59,545 bases of DNA, from positions 1 to 59,545 of IMG/VR virus record IMGVR_UViG_3300045284_000044. One strand, written 5' to 3'. Shown one piece after another: positions 55,103 through 59,545 of this stretch. The position numbers and the translations under genes were made by a program. The notes beneath the pieces were generated by a model, which made no database searches, was not told the DNA's origin, and worked only from the letters and a program-made list of their open reading frames with translations. The DNA comes from a virus. Lineage: Duplodnaviria > Caudoviricetes. Each line of letters opens with the position of its first letter. Within the stretch, counting starts at the first letter, position 1.

Positions 55103-55594
55103 CTACCCTGTATAGATCCAGCTAGGCGTAACCTTGATGACGTCGTTGGTGTTAATGGCTACTGCGGTAACATCGTCGAAGTTGGCGCCGAACCATGCGT
55201 TACCTGCATTTGTCGTAAGCGAGTTCGTGATAATAAACCCGTTGACAGTACCCCAAACGGCAGTAGCGGTCTGGAACGTAACCTGTGCGGCAGCAGAACC
55301 TCGACCACTCTGCGTAGTACCGACTGTACCCCAGGATGCCGACGAGATAGTCTGCCTAGTGTAAGCACCCGCGGCCGTTACTTCAGTCCATGAAGCTACA
55401 GTGGAGTTTGATGCACTTACAGTTGATGCTGTAAAAGCTGTGAACAAACCGATCCATGTATTCGCCGGCCCAGTACCTCCCTTGGGGAAGCCAGCATAAA
55501 TGAGGTCTAGTCCCTCATTCGGGAAAATCTCAGCCATGTACCTTACGTCGGGATCGGCTTCGAGTACAGGGTAGTGCAAATGCTGCTTTAGCAT
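55103..55594 (-). CDS. Putative fibre-base / virion structural protein
   Basis: WIGLFT, EVTAAGAYTRQ, VTFQTATAVWGTV pattern common in phage fibre-associated proteins. Confidence 0.7.
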   Translation of the reverse strand: MLKQHLHYPVLEADPDVRYMAEIFPNEGLDLIYAGFPKGGTGPANTWIGLFTAFTASTVSASNSTVASWTEVTAAGAYTRQTISSASWGTVGTTQSGRGSAAAQVTFQTATAVWGTVNGFIITNSLTTNAGNAWFGANFDDVTAVAINTNDVIKVTPSWIYTG

Positions 55595-55604
55595 TGTAAC
55601 TCCT

Positions 55605-55802
55605 TTATGCTACGGGGTACAGATTAGGTGCGGTTGCACCTTCTGTTCTACATTTAGTACAAAACCACCGGTCATTATCTAGGAACAGTATGCTTTTGAC
55701 TTGACCACAACTAGCACATACTGTTATAAGAGTCGGCGGCGCGCCTACGCGCGTAAAAACCTCCACAGCAGGATGACCGTGTATGATTGGGTCAACGGCC
55801 AT
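55605..55802 (-). CDS. Small zinc-ribbon protein
   Basis: CASC...CTKC. Confidence 0.65.
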   Translation of the reverse strand: MAVDPIIHGHPAVEVFTRVGAPPTLITVCASCGQVKSILFLDNDRWFCTKCRTEGATAPNLYPVA

Positions 55803-56532
55803 TTTTAACCGTGGCTGTAACTAACTCAGGCTCAGGAGGCATAAATATTTCCCTGAATTGTTCTTCGGGGGAACTAAATTCAGTCATGGCACCCCAGCGG
55901 CCATCGCGCTGCATGGGCCTAACGTTGAAGATGCCAATATGCCCCATTACTACATCAGCTGTGGCGTGAATACTAAAGCCTAACTTAGTGGCTTTCTGAC
56001 AAAACACCACGTCCTCGTTTAAGTAGGTTCCATTGGTGCTATGAAACCACGGCTCACCCATTGTGTCGAGGACTTGGCGACGTACTAACATACCCGCTGA
56101 ACCTGCTGCGTCAATTTCAAATGTACCGGATTCTGGTACATCCTCCCAGGGAATTGGTTGCCATTGTGGTACGTCCCTAATGGGATCGTGGCCCGCATTT
56201 TTAAATACTACCAGGTGCCACGGTGGGTTACGCTTAGTTACCAGTGGCACCAGGATATCAATATCGGGATTTGCGTCTAAAATACGCAATAAACGCAGTA
56301 AGCAATCAGGCTGCCACGTATGGTCATCACCGATAATCCACACCCACTCGTCTTGTGGCCGTAAGCCCCTGATGATCTCGTTCATGTTCTCTACTACGGA
56401 GGCTGAAGCACTAATGCCTAGGTTACTATCAAGCGGCTGTTGAGTTGATGCCAGGCACACCGTAAACAAAGTAAACCGACCGATTTCTGCGGTCGGTAAA
56501 CAGATTGTGCCTGGTGCGTTAGCTAATGTCAT
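55792..56532 (-). CDS. GT-A fold (GT2-like) glycosyltransferase
   Basis: WIIGDDH (DxD-like), AGSAGMLVRRQVL, NEDVVFCQKA..GF, GHI. Confidence 0.8.
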   Translation of the reverse strand: MTLANAPGTICLPTAEIGRFTLFTVCLASTQQPLDSNLGISASASVVENMNEIIRGLRPQDEWVWIIGDDHTWQPDCLLRLLRILDANPDIDILVPLVTKRNPPWHLVVFKNAGHDPIRDVPQWQPIPWEDVPESGTFEIDAAGSAGMLVRRQVLDTMGEPWFHSTNGTYLNEDVVFCQKATKLGFSIHATADVVMGHIGIFNVRPMQRDGRWGAMTEFSSPEEQFREIFMPPEPELVTATVKNGR

Positions 56533-56905
56533 GCCAGTCCATAAGTAATTCCTTCGATGTACCCAGGCGCATTACGAACTGATTGGCCGTGGAGATTACC
56601 TTACGACACTCGTTGTACATTTGTAAGAGATCCTCGCCATGGGAGTCAGGCGGAATTATGTCATTGTCGAGTAAACATTGTCTGTAAAGAATTAATTGCA
56701 TATCGCGTTTAGCGAGTTCCAGTCTAAACACTTCGATTTGGGACTCCAATACCTCGACTGATACCATTGGTATTGTATTAAGGGGACACACGGAATACTT
56801 GGACTGTATCAGGATCAGTAACTCCAGATGCATCGCGGCCAACGCAAGTGTAAACACCCGGCCGCAAAGCGCGTAAACCCCCCACAGCAGCAAAGCTACC
56901 TGCAC
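56519..56905 (-). CDS. Hypothetical protein (true start likely near MVSVEVLE)
   Basis: The 3' part fills the gap between neighbouring genes. Confidence 0.55.
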   Translation of the reverse strand: MQVALLLWGVYALCGRVFTLALAAMHLELLILIQSKYSVCPLNTIPMVSVEVLESQIEVFRLELAKRDMQLILYRQCLLDNDIIPPDSHGEDLLQMYNECRKVISTANQFVMRLGTSKELLMDWHDIS

Positions 56906-57077
56906 CGCCGGCTAATGCGGCCAACGAAAACGTAGCCTCAGTATCCGGGCCTGAGATTACAAGAGTTGCTGCATTAGTACCAGTGAAACCTGCGAGACTC
57001 GCCGAAATAATGTCGCCAACTTTGGCGTACCCGCTTGCTGCATTACCGTTCCTTAGTGTTGTAGTTACGGGCGGCAT
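56778..57077 (-). CDS. Small Ig-like hypothetical protein
   Basis: RBS AAGGAG; PGVYTC. Confidence 0.65.
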   Translation of the reverse strand: MPPVTTTLRNGNAASGYAKVGDIISASLAGFTGTNAATLVISGPDTEATFSLAALAGGAGSFAAVGGLRALRPGVYTCVGRDASGVTDPDTVQVFRVSP

Positions 57078-57082
57078 ATTAT

Positions 57083-57442
57083 TTACTCCTTAGTGTTGAC
57101 GGGTACCTGTATTTTCTTAAGGAAATCGCGAAACTCGTCGTCATTGGAGACGTTTCTGGGGCCGTACTCTACAATATACTTGGCGGCGGAAAGTCGTACT
57201 GACTCTGATTCCGCTGATTCAGCTAACATTATAATGCTAGCTATTGCCTGTGGTACATGCGGAACGAAACAACTGCGTATGGTACCAAGGTCGTCGTCAC
57301 TATTGTCTAGTGCGTCTTGAGCTAATTCCTCTTGGAGAGCCTTATTATCGAGCTTAAGCTGCGAAACCTCGGCAGCTAGCTTGGCGGCGTAAGAGCTATT
57401 AGCTGCCGAGCCGTCTGATTCACCGTTAGCGTCCATTGCCAT
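57083..57442 (-). CDS. Possible terminase small subunit
   Basis: First gene of the late arm; AIASIIMLAESAESESVRLSAAKYIVE helical motif. Confidence 0.5.
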   Translation of the reverse strand: MAMDANGESDGSAANSSYAAKLAAEVSQLKLDNKALQEELAQDALDNSDDDLGTIRSCFVPHVPQAIASIIMLAESAESESVRLSAAKYIVEYGPRNVSNDDEFRDFLKKIQVPVNTKE

Positions 57443-57698
57443 AGTTTAGCAGGCAGGTGGTGGAGTGGAACATGTAGCGGTATTAGCGGTACTAATTATA
57501 TAACTTTAACTTGAATTTTCATCACCGAGTTTTTGACCTATAAAACCCGTCAGGGCCACTTGACGCGCTACACTTCGTCTTGCAAGTGTAGTTGATAGCC
57601 GATGGCTCGCGCGACGCGCGCGCGTGCCGGAGGCGCACTGTATAGGCTCTTGTGCCGCGTCGCGAACACGCGGGCAACCCTCACCCAACGGAGGCGAC

Positions 57699-58061
57699 AT
57701 GCAACCTTCTAACCCTTCCGAGTGGAACCTACGCTACCTATTGTCGGAGGCTATCCGCAACGGCAGTAAGCTTAGTCTAGACTCGACTGGTCAGATTCTG
57801 GTTCAACTGCCCAACGGTGGATTCCAACTGCTTACTGAGCAATCTCACAATCGCGAGGTTAGCGACGGCAAGCGGCGGGGATACAACGGAAAGCAGCCGC
57901 GCACGTCCGATGGTATCAAGCATACGTGCTACGTCACTACTGCCGACGGCCGCACCTATGACTTCAACCACAAGACTCGCACCAACGCTACCGCCAGGCT
58001 TGATCGTAGTTCGATCATCGGCAAGCTTGACCCGTCCAACGACTACAACCCTGACGCCTAG
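57699..58061 (+). CDS. Early hypothetical protein
   Basis: RBS GGAGG before ATG 57699. Confidence 0.65.
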   Translation: MQPSNPSEWNLRYLLSEAIRNGSKLSLDSTGQILVQLPNGGFQLLTEQSHNREVSDGKRRGYNGKQPRTSDGIKHTCYVTTADGRTYDFNHKTRTNATARLDRSSIIGKLDPSNDYNPDA

Positions 58062-58075
58062 GCGTCAGGGTTGTA
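58044..58075. repeat. Perfect 32-bp palindrome with no spacer
   Basis: TACAACCCTGACGCCTAGGCGTCAGGGTTGTA equals its own reverse complement. Confidence 0.95.
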
Positions 58076-58138
58076 CTACCCTCCGAGTCACATAGACTAT
58101 CCGCGAGTAGTGGTACTCACTACTGACGGATGTTCTAC

Positions 58139-58167
58139 TTGACAGTAAGTATAGCATCAGCTATGAT
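58139..58167 (+). promoter_or_regulatory. Sigma70/SigA-type promoter
   Basis: TTGACA(58139-58144)-17 bp-TATGAT(58162-58167). Confidence 0.8.
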
Positions 58168-58193
58168 TTAGCTAATCAAGCGAAAGGATCGAA

Positions 58194-58394
58194 ATGCAAA
58201 GCAAGTACGATCCTGCATTTACCGCAGCACTTGCTCAGAGCAAGTCAAAGAATCCTGACGAAGCTCTGACTGGTCACCGGGAATGCAATCGGATTCGGCG
58301 CGAGGTGGGTATCACGGTCTACATCAAAGAGCGCCGGCTGGACATGCGCGAGCACCAAGAGTACCAAGAGTTGTTCCTAGCTCCAATCGGCTAG
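58194..58394 (+). CDS. Early hypothetical protein
   Basis: RBS GAAAGGA; downstream of a promoter. Confidence 0.75.
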   Translation: MQSKYDPAFTAALAQSKSKNPDEALTGHRECNRIRREVGITVYIKERRLDMREHQEYQELFLAPIG

Positions 58395-58497
58395 GCAGTA
58401 ATGCACAGCACAGAGTTTATCTGGGCATGGATAGGATTCTGGACACCAATCTGTCTAGCAATCGGTATCTACGCCTACATAGGTAGCAGCAAGCGTA

Positions 58498-58556
58498 GGT
58501 AGTAGCACTGAGCACAGTCAGCAAGCATTATCGCTACTGTGCTCTACGGTACTACT
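58498..58556 (+). repeat. G.G-mismatch hairpin I
   Basis: GGTAGTA-G-CACT-GAGCACAGT...ACTGTGCTC-TACG-G-TACTACT. Confidence 0.8.
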
Positions 58557-58594
58557 GTCCGAAACGGTCACCTATGACACTAAACTAGGGTGAG

Positions 58595-58639
58595 ACTACC
58601 GCGTTAGCCCGACCGCGTGGTAGTGAAAGCAGGTCGGGC
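58595..58639 (+). ncRNA. Predicted H-type pseudoknot in a 5' leader
   Basis: Stem 1 ACTACCGCG/CGTGGTAGT interleaved with stem 2 GCCCGACC/GGTCGGGC. Confidence 0.6.
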
Positions 58640-58665
58640 ACTACTACATAGGAGAGTGACTTCAA

Positions 58666-58947
58666 GTGGAGTATCTGTCACCTGAACTCATTACTTCGCT
58701 TATCGCCGAATCGGACGCTCGCGCGGCTAGCAAGGTAAAGTCGCGCAACCGCAATAAGAACATGTTTTGCATTGACGGTACTATCTACAACGGAAAGCCG
58801 TCAAGCGAGATTGCGGGTAGGTTTGAGTCAAGAGTCGGCAGTAAGCGTCGTAGTAGGAAGGGTCGCACCGTAACCCTTCCTAACGGATTCGCGCACTACG
58901 GTAGCTATAGCAGCCCATCTGCTAGCTACTACCGCGTTACACAGTAA
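58666..58947 (+). CDS. Basic early protein, starts MEYLSPELITSLI
   Basis: RBS AGGAG. Confidence 0.7.
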   Translation: MEYLSPELITSLIAESDARAASKVKSRNRNKNMFCIDGTIYNGKPSSEIAGRFESRVGSKRRSRKGRTVTLPNGFAHYGSYSSPSASYYRVTQ

Positions 58948-59272
58948 TAACCGTAACAAGCAGGAGTAGCATGGAATGGTTGACAATTGTTGACCATTCT
59001 ACGGTATTCCTGACCAATACAAAAGGTATACCGGGCATTAAAAGACAGATTGTCTTTTGTTCTCGGCTAATAGTAAGCTAGGAAAGCTAGGAGTAGGAAT
59101 CAGGAAGCCCCAATATACCGTGCTCTGAACCTGGGGTTTGGTATATAGTATAGTATATATATTCCTATATATATTATACTCTTAAGTATCATAGATAAGT
59201 TAGTGTCCACTACGCCTTTTAAGTGCGAACAAAAGTCAAGCCGGGCCGAATCGCTTTTAGTGACCTTCTGAC

Positions 59273-59301
59273 TTGACAAATCGGCATAGGCGTGGTACGA
59301 T
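59273..59301 (+). promoter_or_regulatory. Sigma70/SigA-type promoter with extended -10
   Basis: TTGACA(59273-59278)-17 bp-TACGAT(59296-59301), with TG-N. Confidence 0.8.
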
Positions 59302-59331
59302 GCCCCTAACACTACGAAGGGGGGTGAGTAA

Positions 59332-59535
59332 ATGGCATACGTAGATCCTAGCTTCAAGACAAAAAAGGCCCTCAAAGAGGCCGTAGCACAGGGGGAAGAG
59401 GTAACAGTCTTTAGTCCTGGGCCTTTTGGAGTAGCACAGAATGGCCAAGTGGCAGTTGAAGGCCCTAACTACCAGATGCACACTTGGTACGCACAGGTAA
59501 CGGTAGAGAACGGCAGGGTACTAAAGGTGAAGTAG
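59332..59535 (+). CDS. Small early hypothetical protein
   Basis: RBS GAAGGGGGGTGA; downstream of a promoter. Confidence 0.8.
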   Translation: MAYVDPSFKTKKALKEAVAQGEEVTVFSPGPFGVAQNGQVAVEGPNYQMHTWYAQVTVENGRVLKVK

Positions 59536-59545
59536 ATAGCACCGG

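Larger units (their letters stand above)
1..59545. mobile_element. Complete or near-complete tailed bacteriophage genome (siphovirus-like, apparently lytic)
   Basis: Terminase, portal, capsid, tail tube, tape measure, lysis and replication genes lie in two oppositely transcribed arms. GCACCGG occurs at both 1-7 and 59539-59545. No host housekeeping genes or integrase recognised. Confidence 0.95.

Noticed and set aside
10646-57442. Many 60-200 aa ORFs antisense to or nested in long genes (e.g. 19056..19658, 34523..34945, 49419..49847)
   Set aside because: Shadow ORFs without RBSs or motifs, opposite well-supported genes.
1-59545. Stop-codon reassignment or a suppressor tRNA system
   Set aside because: Core genes are full length in the standard code and tile tightly; no tRNA has a CTA, TTA or TCA anticodon.
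1-59545. Lysogeny module or prophage boundaries at the tRNA genes
   Set aside because: No integrase, repressor, ParA or att duplication recognised, and no host genes flank the sequence.
59539-59545. 7-bp terminal repeat as a biological terminal repeat or cos end
   Set aside because: It falls inside a hairpin in the middle of the early region, so it is more likely an assembly overlap marking circularity.

Overview
This window looks like a complete, circularly closed ~59.5-kb tailed phage genome with siphovirus-type organisation. Bases 1-7 equal bases 59539-59545, and a hairpin is completed across the join. The + strand arm (57.6 kb through the join to 25.7 kb) carries a promoter-rich early region of small ORFs interleaved with structured non-coding DNA, three tRNAs, and a recombination/replication module (SNF2-type helicase, Cas4-like PD-(D/E)xK nuclease, Sak4-like ATPase, SSB, primase-helicase, dNMP kinase, UDG-fused family A polymerase, RuvC-like resolvase). 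The - strand arm (57.4 to 25.8 kb) carries terminase, an accessory virion-protein block (glycosyltransferase, GH26-like, LamG-like, 1458-aa Gly-repeat protein), a Mu-like head module, tail genes, three beta-propeller proteins and lysis genes. I see no integrase or repressor. Extended -10 promoters, GGAGGTG/GAAAGGGGTGA RBSs and a CHAP endolysin suggest a Gram-positive, possibly actinobacterial, host (inference). The best candidates for undescribed biology are: (1) an early array of non-coding RNA cassettes closed by related long stems with a fixed G.G mismatch; (2) four tRNA mimics that keep a T-arm and acceptor helix but have rebuilt, shrunken or permuted bodies; (3) a shared N-terminal L-[ST]-x-[DE]-Q-I-x-x-L-L peptide on seven mostly unrelated proteins including the DNA polymerase; (4) a transcription-oriented excess of GCACAG. 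All annotations come from reading motifs by eye; no database search or folding program was run.
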